Origin: a virus
Taxonomy: Duplodnaviria > Caudoviricetes
IMG/VR virus record: IMGVR_UViG_2773858042_000003
Coordinates: 1-64,000 of that record
DNA length: 64,000 nucleotides
Reading direction: 5' to 3' (one strand)
A model generated the notes under the pieces. The model searched no databases. It worked only from the letters and a program-made list of their open reading frames with translations, and was not told the DNA's origin. A program made the position numbers and the translations under genes. Of this stretch, positions 10,001 through 18,616 are shown piece by piece (the first letter of the stretch is position 1; each line of letters starts with the position of its first letter).

Positions 10001-10525
10001 CTTCAGGCCTGTAGGCGGCAGCAGGGCAGCGTCGCCGGGAAGCCCCAGCGTCGTCCGTTGCCACATGTCGGAGTCGTAGAAGCCGAGGGCTTCGTATTGG
10101 TTCGCCGGGTTGAAGGCGACTGTGGAACCGTCAGCCTCAAATGCCGCGACGCTCTGGATCGGACCGAGCGACAGAGCGACACCCAACGACATGGCCACGC
10201 GTTTATAGCCCCAAGTCGCCTGAAAGACCTTGTTGCCCCCCACAGCCGTGAAGCCCATCGCCCCACGCACCGGGGCCTTCGGATCAGGCTTGAAGTCCAG
10301 CGTCGTCCCCGACGAGGGCGTATTCGGACGCATCAAGGCTGTCGCCGCCGCCGAGATCGCCGTGATGGCGGCTGTCTTCAAAATCCCGCTCGCCAACGCG
10401 ATGGTCGCGCCTTCACCAATAGCTGCCACAGCGCCCACGCTGGCCAGCGCGCCGGCCGTAACGGTCACGGCTGAGGTCCAGGCCGTTGCGGCCCATGCGG
10501 CAACCATTGGGAGGGCTTGCGGCAT
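7052..10525 (-). CDS. Tail tip / host-specificity protein (J-like, GTA TIM-barrel/FN3 type)
   Basis: Start MPQALP; DPR..L.G.RL..PR.DST, WSENPY.HAL and FN3-like YWVSVRY motifs; coiled coil then C-terminal binding domains. Confidence 0.85.
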   Translation of the reverse strand: MPQALPMVAAWAATAWTSAVTVTAGALASVGAVAAIGEGATIALASGILKTAAITAISAAATALMRPNTPSSGTTLDFKPDPKAPVRGAMGFTAVGGNKVFQATWGYKRVAMSLGVALSLGPIQSVAAFEADGSTVAFNPANQYEALGFYDSDMWQRTTLGLPGDAALLPPTGLKYGTPGLTGWGLQNAAPQTAFAFWTMVLAKNPEDRDIFTNGVPDPRWILNGMRLWQPRYDSTYPGGSGPQRRDDWRTWGWSENPYDHALAWVRGHYKLNTDGSIDKTKRIAGVGAPDSAIDIPAFVEGANIADANGWTISGEWSTSDGKWQTLVAMLQAGGGQPINRGAQISVLVNAPRVSTYTYTKSDLVGQAQIKPLTPRRDRKNTIIPRYRSQPNGWEYVAAGEVTASTYRTEDRGEQRSTEVEYVHVRDARQAGQLAAYDLVNLREGLTATLPSKVHLMSVHAGDCITVDVPELALANQKFVVMRTTVDYKSAGVTLELRSETDAKHAFALGQTGQAPPSPSLSAVDPRYIAPPVADDWSVVPQPPSGGTTQPIVIVIGKTEVGDAASIIVETGPSATGPWSTVYSGTPLLDGRYPSPGLQPGQQYWVSVRYVAKNGAISDRLIQGPITASQLVAGDVSPTAPGLSQIKSDIEAAFGDIFDIDGLLTQARTDIDAQGTEIVAARGGQPSLNSRIVQVNQLRIDGDTSNAQAISLVQARTANTEADIIDLENAVSTETAARAQAIQQVTARQAIRPNLVVNSTAAQGMQGLTNFGSRTVVAYPAAPDGPQWAADAGGGSGLSFGARWASRPAKAGFPYSLQAELGGFGMTSGQVRAVGVFRNAGGGVTGYIVATAFYDAFAGGYVLRRTENVIAPAETVSYDLQIDVDDGAFTSGGSVGWKRVKLEQGPVCTLWSDDASDVEMSASVTQQSLAIIDLENQQNIALWRIKAEASGSRPAIIEAYSGLGVSALAFSAEQLYLGDNTVFDDATNTWQTIDGSTVYIRAEGAPFGAFSNLREWWGPTGIALGAMTPDNGYSGRMTTAPYNFTNTLNPRTFSAYASPGSIEAHRSDAGSLTSAAVSILYQNAKGAVSVTWERLIGGVTAAGTAVIDAPNELTTTFTKTVSAQERTDTVFQATLTDAGSGERRQVIVPVVFTSGAA

Positions 10526-10941
10526 TAGATCACCCTCCAGGCGATACGGTGTTCCTGGTTGACGAGCTCGCCACAGACCCCGTCCATGAATCCGAGCACT
10601 TGGTTTCGGTGCAGCACGACCTGCATTGCATCGCCCATGTCGCCTTCGCCGCGGACGCAGCAGACGTCGCCAGTTCTTGCCTCGGCAGGCGCATCCCAAC
10701 GCGGAAAATGGCGATCCATGATTTCCGACAGCGATGTGACGCCCATCCTCATCAGGGCGCGACGCGCACCGACCGGCGTGGAATAGGCGCCACCCTTCAG
10801 TAGCGATGGCTTGAAGCCGATTTGCTTCAGGTGAAACGCCACCAGGCGGGCGCAGTCGGTTTTGCCCAGCACAAAGGGCTGCCCGTTGAACCGGTCAAAG
10901 GTCGCGGAGGCCGCCGCGACACGGAGTTCAAGCTCTTGCAT
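10525..10941 (-). CDS. NlpC/P60-like tail assembly protein (DUF6950-like)
   Basis: PF.LGKTDC catalytic Cys motif, A.TGD; position between hub and tip. Confidence 0.8.
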   Translation of the reverse strand: MQELELRVAAASATFDRFNGQPFVLGKTDCARLVAFHLKQIGFKPSLLKGGAYSTPVGARRALMRMGVTSLSEIMDRHFPRWDAPAEARTGDVCCVRGEGDMGDAMQVVLHRNQVLGFMDGVCGELVNQEHRIAWRVI

Positions 10942-10944
10942 CGT

Positions 10945-11604
10945 TTAGTAGGCTTGCTGCTCGTAAGAGCCGCCGCCCCCGATGGAGCCGCCCCCACCGT
11001 AGGACGATCCTCCGGACCCATTAGACGGGCCGTTGTATCCCCAGAACAGTTTCTGCCCAGCGTTCGTGACGTGTTCGAAAGCACGGGCGCTGGGTCCGAA
11101 CAGGTAGGTCCAGAAGGTATCGTTCCAACGATTGCCCTCGTTGTCGTCGAACAGGCGTTCCCAGACCGTCGCAAGCTCCAGCTCGACCAGCGATGAGTTC
11201 CGGTCAATGTTGAACGTCGCGTCGTCTAGCTCCCCCATGAACCGAGGATCGGGCTCCCCGATGATGGCTCCGGTCTCCGGATCGACCGCTGCGGCCCAAA
11301 TGCTGACCGGCGAGCCTTGAGCGGCCGGCGCAGTCAGTTGGGCCAGCGCCGCATTGCTCTTGAACAGCAGACCAACGGACTGGCGAGGCGCTTCCGTGCC
11401 TTCGGACTCTGTGAAGTCGCCAAAGCCCGCAATGACGCCGAACTCCGGATCCTCACCTGTGAACACTTCATCGTTCCAGATCGCGAACCCGGCGCCGTCT
11501 AGAAGGCGAACGATGCGTCCACTCGGCAGCTCGATGCGAAGAAGGAAGGCGAGGACCGGGTTGCGAAGTTTGAGGGCCGCCAGCATGGCCGGAGACATCG
11601 ACAC
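10945..11604 (-). CDS. Tail hub / minor tail protein (DUF2163-like)
   Basis: Position after distal tail protein; LLDGAG..W..E.F.G.DP.FG pattern. Confidence 0.65.
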   Translation of the reverse strand: MSMSPAMLAALKLRNPVLAFLLRIELPSGRIVRLLDGAGFAIWNDEVFTGEDPEFGVIAGFGDFTESEGTEAPRQSVGLLFKSNAALAQLTAPAAQGSPVSIWAAAVDPETGAIIGEPDPRFMGELDDATFNIDRNSSLVELELATVWERLFDDNEGNRWNDTFWTYLFGPSARAFEHVTNAGQKLFWGYNGPSNGSGGSSYGGGGSIGGGGSYEQQAY

Positions 11605-12194
11605 TATTCGCGCTCCATGATTGCGTAAGAGAAGCCGAGCCGTTTCGACCGGGAGATTTGCCAGGACTGTTCGTTACCCTGAACAAACCCCTCCATTTTC
11701 GGGTTTGAAAGCTCGACGGTTGCGCCGATTGCAGGCTGGCGCCGGAGCGTTGGATAGATCGGAAGCGTGGCAACGCCGGCGCCGCTCGCGGTCACCTCGG
11801 CAGTAGTGATGTAGAGGAAACGCTGGCCGCCAACGATGATGGACAGCAGCTTGCCTTCCGGCACCACTCGACCCGCCCCTAAGCCGGAGACGGGAAGGAG
11901 GCGACCAGCGGCAGCGGCGGACACGACGGGCACGCCGAAATCGAGCCCGCTCAGTCCCGGCTCTGGGACCGCGATCGTTACCGTGTCAGTCATGCCACGA
12001 AGAAGCCGCGCCAGATAGACACGGCCCTCTTCGGCATAGACGGCCGGATAAGTCTCGACGGCCATGCCCCAGCGGTCGCCCAGACGAGAAACTCGGCTCT
12101 GCGGGCCGCCGAGGGTCGGCGTCTGGTCGGTAAAGTATCCGATCAGCTTCGGTGTCGCCGAGGCGATCGGCGGGCAGTTTGGTAGCTCGATCAT
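11604..12194 (-). CDS. Distal tail protein
   Basis: Immediately downstream of tape measure; Q.P.LGGPQSR..RLGDRW motif. Confidence 0.65.
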   Translation of the reverse strand: MIELPNCPPIASATPKLIGYFTDQTPTLGGPQSRVSRLGDRWGMAVETYPAVYAEEGRVYLARLLRGMTDTVTIAVPEPGLSGLDFGVPVVSAAAAGRLLPVSGLGAGRVVPEGKLLSIIVGGQRFLYITTAEVTASGAGVATLPIYPTLRRQPAIGATVELSNPKMEGFVQGNEQSWQISRSKRLGFSYAIMERE

Positions 12195-14926
12195 CCGCCC
12201 ACGAAGCTCTGACGACGGCGCGTCGCTGCCGCCCGCTGTTGATCCTGCGCGTAGGCGACGCCCATGCCGGCCGTTTGGACGCTGATGGGACCGCTGATCT
12301 GCTGCACCCGTGTGGCAAACATTGTGCCCTCATCCACGATCAGGCGGACCACAGGCGCGGCTTGATACGATGCCGCCTTTTGGGTCTGAGCCATTGCGGC
12401 ATTGACGCTCGGTATGATGGTCCCTGCCGTATTCGGCACGAACACCTCCGGCCGGCGCTCGCCGACAAGATAGGACTGGCCGGCCGTCACCGGACCACCC
12501 GTCGCTCTTTTACCAGCAAGGGTGCTGAAGATCGCCGAAAGCCAGTTGCCGCCAGATCCGCCGCTGGACCCCTTGAACGCATCCATCACGATGTCTGCCA
12601 GGTCTTCAGCCAGGTTGTTCAGGATCCGATCCGTGAACCGGTCAGCCAAGCTAACGAAGAAGCCTCCAACGTCGCCTTCTGCCAAAGCTCTAAGGCCGTC
12701 CCGCAGGCCGTCGACGATCTCCCCTCGCACGCGGCCTGTCAGGTCGGCAGTATCAATGCGTGCATACTCTGCGGAAGCCTGACGGCGGGCTGACTGGCGA
12801 TCGGCATCAGAGATCAGCCCGGTGCGTTCGCGCAGCAGGTCGTTTGTCCGCTGCTCTATGTAGAGCTCGCGCTCGGCCTGCTCGATACGCCGCGGATCGC
12901 CCGAAAGGCGGGCCAGTTCAGCCTCAAGCGACACCTGATCAAGCAGTTGATCGTTCTGACGGCGCTGACCCTCGATCGCCATGTCCAGAAACTTCTGAGC
13001 CTGCTCGCGACCAGCTTCGCGCCCACGAGCAGCCGCTTCGGCCCGCGCGACGCTGTTGATCTGCAGTTCAGCAAGGGCCTTGGCGTTTTCAAAGCCAGCG
13101 TCCTCGTACTGTTTCGTCAGATTGAGGATGTCCAGACGGCGCTGGCTGGCATCGGCATCTGCTGTTCGTCCCTGGGCCCGAAGCACTTCGATCCGGCCTT
13201 GGAGAGCCAACATTTCCCGTTGGCGAGCAAGCTCTTCGGGCGTTGGGCCGGTTGAGGACCGGCTCCGGGATGCTTTTGGCGCGTCCGGAGCAACCGGGGC
13301 GACCACCGTGGGCGGCGCCTTGGCAAGGGCGTCCACTTTTGCCAGTTCGCTTTCTGCTCTGGCGAGATCGGCCTCATATGCTGCCGCCACACGTTGAGCG
13401 TCGTTGACCTCTGCTTGTCGCCCGGACCTCACTGAGGCTTGACCTGCTGCACCCGCCATACCGCCGCCGCCTGCGAGTGCTGCACCGGCGAGACTGTTCA
13501 GATATTTCTCTGACGAGACCTGACGCGCTCGGGCCGCTGCGAGCGTAGCGCGGGCGTTATTAAGCTGTTCCTTTGTGTTCGCGATCGTTTGGATCGTTTC
13601 CTGGCGGCGGGCCTCGGCCAGCTCAAGTGCCGCTTTTTTTGCGTCGCCGTTCGCATCGCGAGCTAGTTCGACTGCTTCTCTATAGCTGTCGGTGGCGGTT
13701 TTGGTGAGCTCGGCTTGTTGCTTCTGGGCCTGAAGGGCCGCCGAACCCTCATCTGCCCTTCGCTTCAGCAAGTAGATCCCTGCCGCCAGCGCCGTAACAG
13801 CGACGATGAGCGCCCCCACTGGGTTTGCTGCAATCGCAGCGGTAAATCCCCGCATTGCAGTAGTGCTGACGAGTGCTGCGCGGGTCGTGCCCATCATGCT
13901 CGCCGTCATGGCCGTCTGAAACACTGATAGCCGCGCGGCTGCGAGGCCGTTCGCAATCATCGCACCGCTTCCAGCCGTCATGGCCAGGACGAAGCGTGTT
14001 CCCATCACGACCGCAACTGCTCCGACCACCTGCGTCACGACGTCGAGGTTTCTCGACAGGGCAATGATGCCCTCGGCAAGCCGCGCTGATGCCGACAGGC
14101 TTCCGTCTGCCTGACCGACAAACCTTCCAAACTCATTGTCCAGCGTTTGGAGCGCGGCGCCCACTGTAGTCGCCGCGGCTCCAGCCTGCTTCTCGATTTC
14201 GGGAAATCCCCTCATCAGAGCCTGGAAGAACTCTTGCGATGAGACTTTTCCGTCCTTCACCGCCGCGGTCAGCTTGGCGACGTCGCCACCGAAGCGGTCA
14301 GATCCCTTCGCCGCTGCCTGAAGCAGAACGGGAAGGCCATCGATCAAGCTGTTGTATTCTTCGGCTTGGACTTTGGCACCGCCGAGCACCTGGCCGAGCT
14401 GAAGAAGGGGACCAGAGGCCGCCTCTGCGCTTGTCCCTTGAACCTTAAGGGCCGCTGCTGTTCCTGAGACGAGAGCAAGAAGTTCGCTTTCGCTGGCGCC
14501 CAAACGCTCACGAGAAAGCGAAGCGCGCTGGTAGAGCTCAGCCGTAGCTTGTACCTGCAAGCCGTTTCGGTTGGCGGTCTCGAAAAGCGCATCTTCAACG
14601 CGTTTCAGTGCTTCGCCTTCCAGGCCGGCGGCTTTCAAGCGGTTCTGTAGCTGGGTGTAGCTGTCGGCATATTTGATGACCTGATCCACCGAAAAGGCCG
14701 CCGCTAGCGTTGGCGCAATCGCACTCAGACTGCGCTGAAGAGAGCCGACCATGTTTCGGCCGGCGTCGTCCATGATCCGCGACAGGTTTCTATCGGCCTG
14801 CCGCGCGCGCGTTTCGACTTCGGCGAGACGCCGATCCGCAACCTGACGCGATCGTGCCATCTCGCGCTCAAACCGCCGCAGATCGGCGGACATCTGAAGG
14901 ACAAGGCGCTCGGTATCGTCGGCCAT
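12191..14926 (-). CDS. Tape measure protein
   Basis: About 910 aa, helical; tape-measure N-domain QLGQ.LG..KVQAEEYNSL.D; C-terminal RATGGPV..G..YLVGERRPEVFVP. Confidence 0.92.
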   Translation of the reverse strand: MADDTERLVLQMSADLRRFEREMARSRQVADRRLAEVETRARQADRNLSRIMDDAGRNMVGSLQRSLSAIAPTLAAAFSVDQVIKYADSYTQLQNRLKAAGLEGEALKRVEDALFETANRNGLQVQATAELYQRASLSRERLGASESELLALVSGTAAALKVQGTSAEAASGPLLQLGQVLGGAKVQAEEYNSLIDGLPVLLQAAAKGSDRFGGDVAKLTAAVKDGKVSSQEFFQALMRGFPEIEKQAGAAATTVGAALQTLDNEFGRFVGQADGSLSASARLAEGIIALSRNLDVVTQVVGAVAVVMGTRFVLAMTAGSGAMIANGLAAARLSVFQTAMTASMMGTTRAALVSTTAMRGFTAAIAANPVGALIVAVTALAAGIYLLKRRADEGSAALQAQKQQAELTKTATDSYREAVELARDANGDAKKAALELAEARRQETIQTIANTKEQLNNARATLAAARARQVSSEKYLNSLAGAALAGGGGMAGAAGQASVRSGRQAEVNDAQRVAAAYEADLARAESELAKVDALAKAPPTVVAPVAPDAPKASRSRSSTGPTPEELARQREMLALQGRIEVLRAQGRTADADASQRRLDILNLTKQYEDAGFENAKALAELQINSVARAEAAARGREAGREQAQKFLDMAIEGQRRQNDQLLDQVSLEAELARLSGDPRRIEQAERELYIEQRTNDLLRERTGLISDADRQSARRQASAEYARIDTADLTGRVRGEIVDGLRDGLRALAEGDVGGFFVSLADRFTDRILNNLAEDLADIVMDAFKGSSGGSGGNWLSAIFSTLAGKRATGGPVTAGQSYLVGERRPEVFVPNTAGTIIPSVNAAMAQTQKAASYQAAPVVRLIVDEGTMFATRVQQISGPISVQTAGMGVAYAQDQQRAAATRRRQSFVGG

Positions 14927-15040
14927 GTGTCCTCCATAAGAGCGGGGCGGCTCCGAAGAACCGCCCACGTTGTAGATGGGGCTGCCCGAGGTCGCTTCTC
15001 AAAGCTTTCTAGGGCCAGCCAAAATGGAGCTTAGGATCGG

Positions 15041-15436
15041 TCAGTTGCCATAGACGCTGAGTTGATCAGGGTCTTTGGGCTCAACAGGTTCATCGCCCCG
15101 ATATCGCCAACGATTGCCGTTGTTGCAGTCTACGAAAACTTCTGGGTCGTCTGGAGGTGATGAACGATCAGAAAGTTCTGAGAGCATCACCGCATCACAG
15201 TCAGGACTGACGGCTACTGCCTTAGCGGCATCCTCGCGGAGCTTTTGAATCTGTCCAGTGACGGCAGCTTCGCCCCACTTGGCGAAGGTCTTTGGATATG
15301 TGGCTCGGTCATATGGGACCATCACATCCGGCGCGATCGACGCCGGAGATGAGTGCTTTGCAGCGGGCTGCGCAGCTTCTTGTGGTTGGCCGCAACTCGC
15401 AACACACAGAAGCCCCAGAATCATCAGTCGTCGCAT
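15041..15436 (-). CDS. Accessory lipoprotein (moron) between tail chaperone and tape measure
   Basis: MRRLMILGLLCVASC lipobox, GGAG RBS, AT-richer codons, hairpin GGGCGG/CCGCCC at 14944-14966. Confidence 0.7.
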   Translation of the reverse strand: MRRLMILGLLCVASCGQPQEAAQPAAKHSSPASIAPDVMVPYDRATYPKTFAKWGEAAVTGQIQKLREDAAKAVAVSPDCDAVMLSELSDRSSPPDDPEVFVDCNNGNRWRYRGDEPVEPKDPDQLSVYGN

Positions 15437-15461
15437 GGGAAGCTCTCCAAAATGCGAGAGG

Positions 15462-15710
15462 CTACACGTGCTGATAGCGTGCGACCAAATCGTCGTGCTC
15501 TTCATCTGTGGGGGCGTCCGGCTTGCTCTCGCCACCGTTTGCTTTCGCCCAGCCGCTGACGGCTGCCGAAAACTCCCACAACGACACGTCATCAACCTCG
15601 CGGGGGCTGAGGCCGATTACGGCTCCTGACCCATAGAGACTGCCGAACCGGAGCTTTGATCGGGGGAGGGGCTCGTCATGGCTTCCTCCCCCTGGGGCTC
15701 CCCCGCGTCT
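15462..15710 (-). CDS. Tail assembly chaperone frameshift extension (gpT-like)
   Basis: 83-codon -1 frame overlapping the chaperone 3' end (..GLSPREVDDVSLWEFSAAVSGWAKANG..), no own start. Not in the ORF track. Confidence 0.7.
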   Translation of the reverse strand, partial: RRGGAPGGGSHDEPLPRSKLRFGSLYGSGAVIGLSPREVDDVSLWEFSAAVSGWAKANGGESKPDAPTDEEHDDLVARYQHV

Positions 15711-16024
15711 TCATCTGGCGCCCCCACAACAGCCGCCATGACGATGGCATGTGCGAGCGGGACGAATTGCTGAAGGGGCAGATCGTCGAAGTCCGTTTTC
15801 AACGCGCCAGCGGCTTCTCGCGCCTCCATGCCGCCACCGATGAGGCCCTGATGGATGGTTTCGCGCAGATCATCGACCCGCCATGTTCCTCCGGCAAACC
15901 GGTTCAGCAGCTCCATGGGGCCACAGTCGCACTTCTCTTGAAGCGCTCGCAGGCGGCCGATCGGCAGCCGAAACTGCCGATCCTCGCCTGCGAAGGCCAG
16001 CGTCACCTCTGCGGATCGGCTCAT
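15617..16024 (-). CDS. Tail assembly chaperone (GTA-gp10-like)
   Basis: FAG..R.FRL.IG.L..LQEKCD.GP motif; follows major tail protein. Confidence 0.8.
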   Translation of the reverse strand: MSRSAEVTLAFAGEDRQFRLPIGRLRALQEKCDCGPMELLNRFAGGTWRVDDLRETIHQGLIGGGMEAREAAGALKTDFDDLPLQQFVPLAHAIVMAAVVGAPDEDAGEPQGEEAMTSPSPDQSSGSAVSMGQEP

Positions 16025-16473
16025 CAGGTGTTGGCGGCCGAGGTCACCGAGCCGTCAGACGCCAGCGAGACAGACGCCTGCATTTTCTCGCCGCGATTGC
16101 CGGTCAGGCTGAACTCGGTGAGGTGGAAAGCGCCCGTGAACGTCACGCCGCCATCGGCTGCGGGAATGTCGACGATGATTTTGCAGTTCTTAGATTCCGG
16201 GGACTGGAACCAGGCGAAAAAGTCCTCGACGTCCGGCGTGTTCAGGGTGCCGGATCCGGTCACCGACACCGAGAGGTTCGCCTTTTCACGGACCACCCAG
16301 GCCAGCAGATCCGGATCGTCGCAGTCGGGGATGTCGACGTCGTTCGTGCCGGCTGTGAAGGTGATCCCACGTTCGGCATTGATCGAGCAGTATTGGGCGA
16401 AGACTTCCGGCTGGGCGCCGTCGCCGACTTTCAGCAGCAGCTTGACGCCGCGAGTGTGTTTGACCGCAGCCAT
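16024..16473 (-). CDS. Major tail (tube) protein
   Basis: G..LLLKVGDG..PEVF...C, final L.SDG.V; position. Confidence 0.85.
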   Translation of the reverse strand: MAAVKHTRGVKLLLKVGDGAQPEVFAQYCSINAERGITFTAGTNDVDIPDCDDPDLLAWVVREKANLSVSVTGSGTLNTPDVEDFFAWFQSPESKNCKIIVDIPAADGGVTFTGAFHLTEFSLTGNRGEKMQASVSLASDGSVTSAANT

Positions 16474-16537
16474 GGGCCGGGCTCCTTCTTCAGATTTCAG
16501 ATGAAGCCCCGAAGGGCGGGGACTGCCGCCGAAGCGG

Positions 16538-16966
16538 TCAGGCTGGATCGATCAGGAAGCGGTGCTCAACGACGCTATGCGCGGTGCGCCGGTCCGGATC
16601 GGTGAGGTGGCGAGCAGTTTCGAACTGCCATTCCGTCGTGACGAAGCCAGCGAGCGGCAAGGCCTTGTTCAAAAGAGACCGAACGACACCCGCAATGGCC
16701 TTGGCTTGAGCGCGGCTTGCACTTACATCGTCTTCGATGCGGCTCCAGACGTCGACCTTCGTGAAAGCTTCCGAACTGTCGGCGCACTCCGTCTTGTCGT
16801 CGACGATCTGGTCTTCTCCGATCACCACATATGGAAAAGGGGCATCAGTCGGCGCGCTGAGAGTGTAGAGGCGGACCTTCGCCAGCCCCATGGCGTCAGC
16901 AAGCTCTTGTGAGCCGCGCAGGGCCGCTTCGATTGCGTTCTGTAGGGCAAGGGACGGGTCGCTCAC
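16538..16966 (-). CDS. Tail completion protein (DUF3168-like)
   Basis: DP.LALQ.AI..AL, AP.DA.FPYVVIGE, DVWSR. Confidence 0.8.
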   Translation of the reverse strand: MSDPSLALQNAIEAALRGSQELADAMGLAKVRLYTLSAPTDAPFPYVVIGEDQIVDDKTECADSSEAFTKVDVWSRIEDDVSASRAQAKAIAGVVRSLLNKALPLAGFVTTEWQFETARHLTDPDRRTAHSVVEHRFLIDPA

Positions 16967-17376
16967 GCTCCAGCCTCCTTGATGGCTTTCGAAACGGCGC
17001 GCGATAGGCGCGATTTGAGACGACGCCGCATGCTTCTGTAGGTCGGGAAGAAGTGCGGCTGGGCCGGCGCGTCCGCTGTCCCGTACTCGACAAATGGGGC
17101 GTAGAAGGCGTCTTTGTCGCCCTCGACAACACGGACGGTAAGGTCGGGATCGCTGCCTTGATCGCGGCTTTTGGAACTCGCAGCGCCCTTCTTCCAGGTC
17201 ACTGATTTCTGCAGGTCACCGTATTCGACAGGAACTCGGCGTTTAATAGCCGCGGACAGATCTTCGGCGTTTTGCTCTAGGGCCGTCTCGACATTCTGGC
17301 GAACGGCCTTGGGCAAAGCGCGAAACTTGGCTCTGGCGCGCTCGCGGTCACCGGCCCGAAAGCCTGACGCGGCCAT
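16963..17376 (-). CDS. HK97 gp10-like neck protein
   Basis: PV..GDL..S, YAPFVEYGT...PAQPHF motifs. Confidence 0.85.
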   Translation of the reverse strand: MAASGFRAGDRERARAKFRALPKAVRQNVETALEQNAEDLSAAIKRRVPVEYGDLQKSVTWKKGAASSKSRDQGSDPDLTVRVVEGDKDAFYAPFVEYGTADAPAQPHFFPTYRSMRRRLKSRLSRAVSKAIKEAGA

Positions 17377-17714
17377 CAGCCCGTCGCTCCGCCCATAGTG
17401 GCCAGCACGTCGATGAGACCCGGTTCCTTTGCCGCCGACACGGCTGTGATGTTGAACCTCTGCTCAGCATTTCGCGCATTCACCGCGCGCCAGGCCGTTG
17501 TGATGCCCCTCGTCTGCGAGGAGGTCCGAACCACGATGGCGACGGGTTGTCGGCCCTCAAGGCGCTGTTGCAAGGCGGCTTCAGAACCACGCAGCCATAC
17601 CATTTGGGCCCAGACCGTGAACTGCGGCGCCCAAGGGCCCAGCGGATCGCCGTTTGCGTCTTCACCGCGTGCTTCGAACGTGATGCGGTCGCAGAGATCT
17701 CCAGCGCCCGGCAT
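17376..17714 (-). CDS. Head closure (head-tail adaptor, SPP1 gp16-like)
   Basis: AG.L..RITF, TVWA..LRGSE. Confidence 0.8.
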   Translation of the reverse strand: MPGAGDLCDRITFEARGEDANGDPLGPWAPQFTVWAQMVWLRGSEAALQQRLEGRQPVAIVVRTSSQTRGITTAWRAVNARNAEQRFNITAVSAAKEPGLIDVLATMGGATG

Positions 17715-17944
17715 CAGGCCTTCGTCTTCGGCTTGCTGCCGCCTGGTTCGCCATCCTGGTCGTGGTCGAACTTGGCGGGATCTGCGCCATTGAAAGCCTG
17801 GACCTCCTCGGCGCAGTGAGCGGCAATGGCAGCTTCACCGGCCTCGCGCTTCACCGTCAGCTCCATGCCGGCCTTGTAGGCGATCGTAACCCGGCGCTCT
17901 CCCGTGGGGGTATAGTCGTAGTCCTCGCTGAACCTCACGCGCAT
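17714..17944 (-). CDS. Small head-associated hypothetical protein
   Basis: In-operon ORF, translationally coupled. Confidence 0.55.
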   Translation of the reverse strand: MRVRFSEDYDYTPTGERRVTIAYKAGMELTVKREAGEAAIAAHCAEEVQAFNGADPAKFDHDQDGEPGGSKPKTKA

Positions 17945-17954
17945 GGTGAACTCC

Positions 17955-18260
17955 TCACACCCGCAGCCAACGATAGGGGTTGATCAGATTGCTGATGGGC
18001 GAGCCGTCGGTGAGGATGGGCTCCCGGTTTTGATACAGCTCTCCGAGCGCCAGCAGGGCCGCCGCCTTGAACGCTGCGGCCGCGCCAGGACTATCAGGCA
18101 CCAGGCCGATGTTGCAGTACTGAAGCACGCGCCCTACGGCGGCGTCGGAATAGATCTCGATGAGCGCGTCGTCGTCATTGTGATCGACACGCAGATGCTC
18201 CTTGGCCTCGACCAGAGTGAACAGCGGGCCGGTCGCAGTGACGACGACGTTCAGGGCCAT
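17955..18260 (-). CDS. Head-tail connector (HK97 gp6-like)
   Basis: TL.EAKEHLRVD..DDDALI, LY.NRE motifs. Confidence 0.88.
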   Translation of the reverse strand: MALNVVVTATGPLFTLVEAKEHLRVDHNDDDALIEIYSDAAVGRVLQYCNIGLVPDSPGAAAAFKAAALLALGELYQNREPILTDGSPISNLINPYRWLRV

Positions 18261-18263
18261 GGC

Positions 18264-18509
18264 TTAGCCTTGGGCCTTCAGGTTGGCTTCGACGGCCTCG
18301 GCGCCGCTCAGCGTCGGGTCGTTGAAGTCGATGCGGTTCTGATCGACCGTGGTGCCCTCGCGCGGGTTGTTGTCCACGGCCGGATGCGACAGATCGACGT
18401 CGGGCACGATCTGCTGCGGCGCACCTGAGGTGTCGATCTTCTTCGCCGGCGCGATGTCGGCGGGCTTGTCACCGGGGTTGGGGGCGGTGACGGGCTTCTT
18501 GTCGGTCAT
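18264..18509 (-). CDS. Small hypothetical protein after capsid gene
   Basis: GGAG RBS, in-operon. Confidence 0.55.
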   Translation of the reverse strand: MTDKKPVTAPNPGDKPADIAPAKKIDTSGAPQQIVPDVDLSHPAVDNNPREGTTVDQNRIDFNDPTLSGAEAVEANLKAQG

Positions 18510-18576
18510 AGTCGTCTCCTTCGCTGGGCTGATCCCGGCTTGCCAGGAGGGGCGAACAGCCGCCCATCCAGGAAAG

Positions 18577-18602
18577 CCGGGCCGAGGTTGCCCCCGGCCC
18601 GG
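18577..18602 (-). terminator. Hairpin downstream of major capsid gene
   Basis: CCGGGCCG-N10-CGGCCCGG; weak U tract. Confidence 0.45.
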
Positions 18603-18616
18603 TATCGCATTGCCGC

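Noticed and set aside
10526-10699. N-terminal extension of the tail tip ORF (and similar extensions at 14968, 21165, 51929, 55512, 58026, 58810)
   Set aside because: Longest-ORF artefacts overlapping upstream genes; better starts with RBS or stop-start overlap were chosen.
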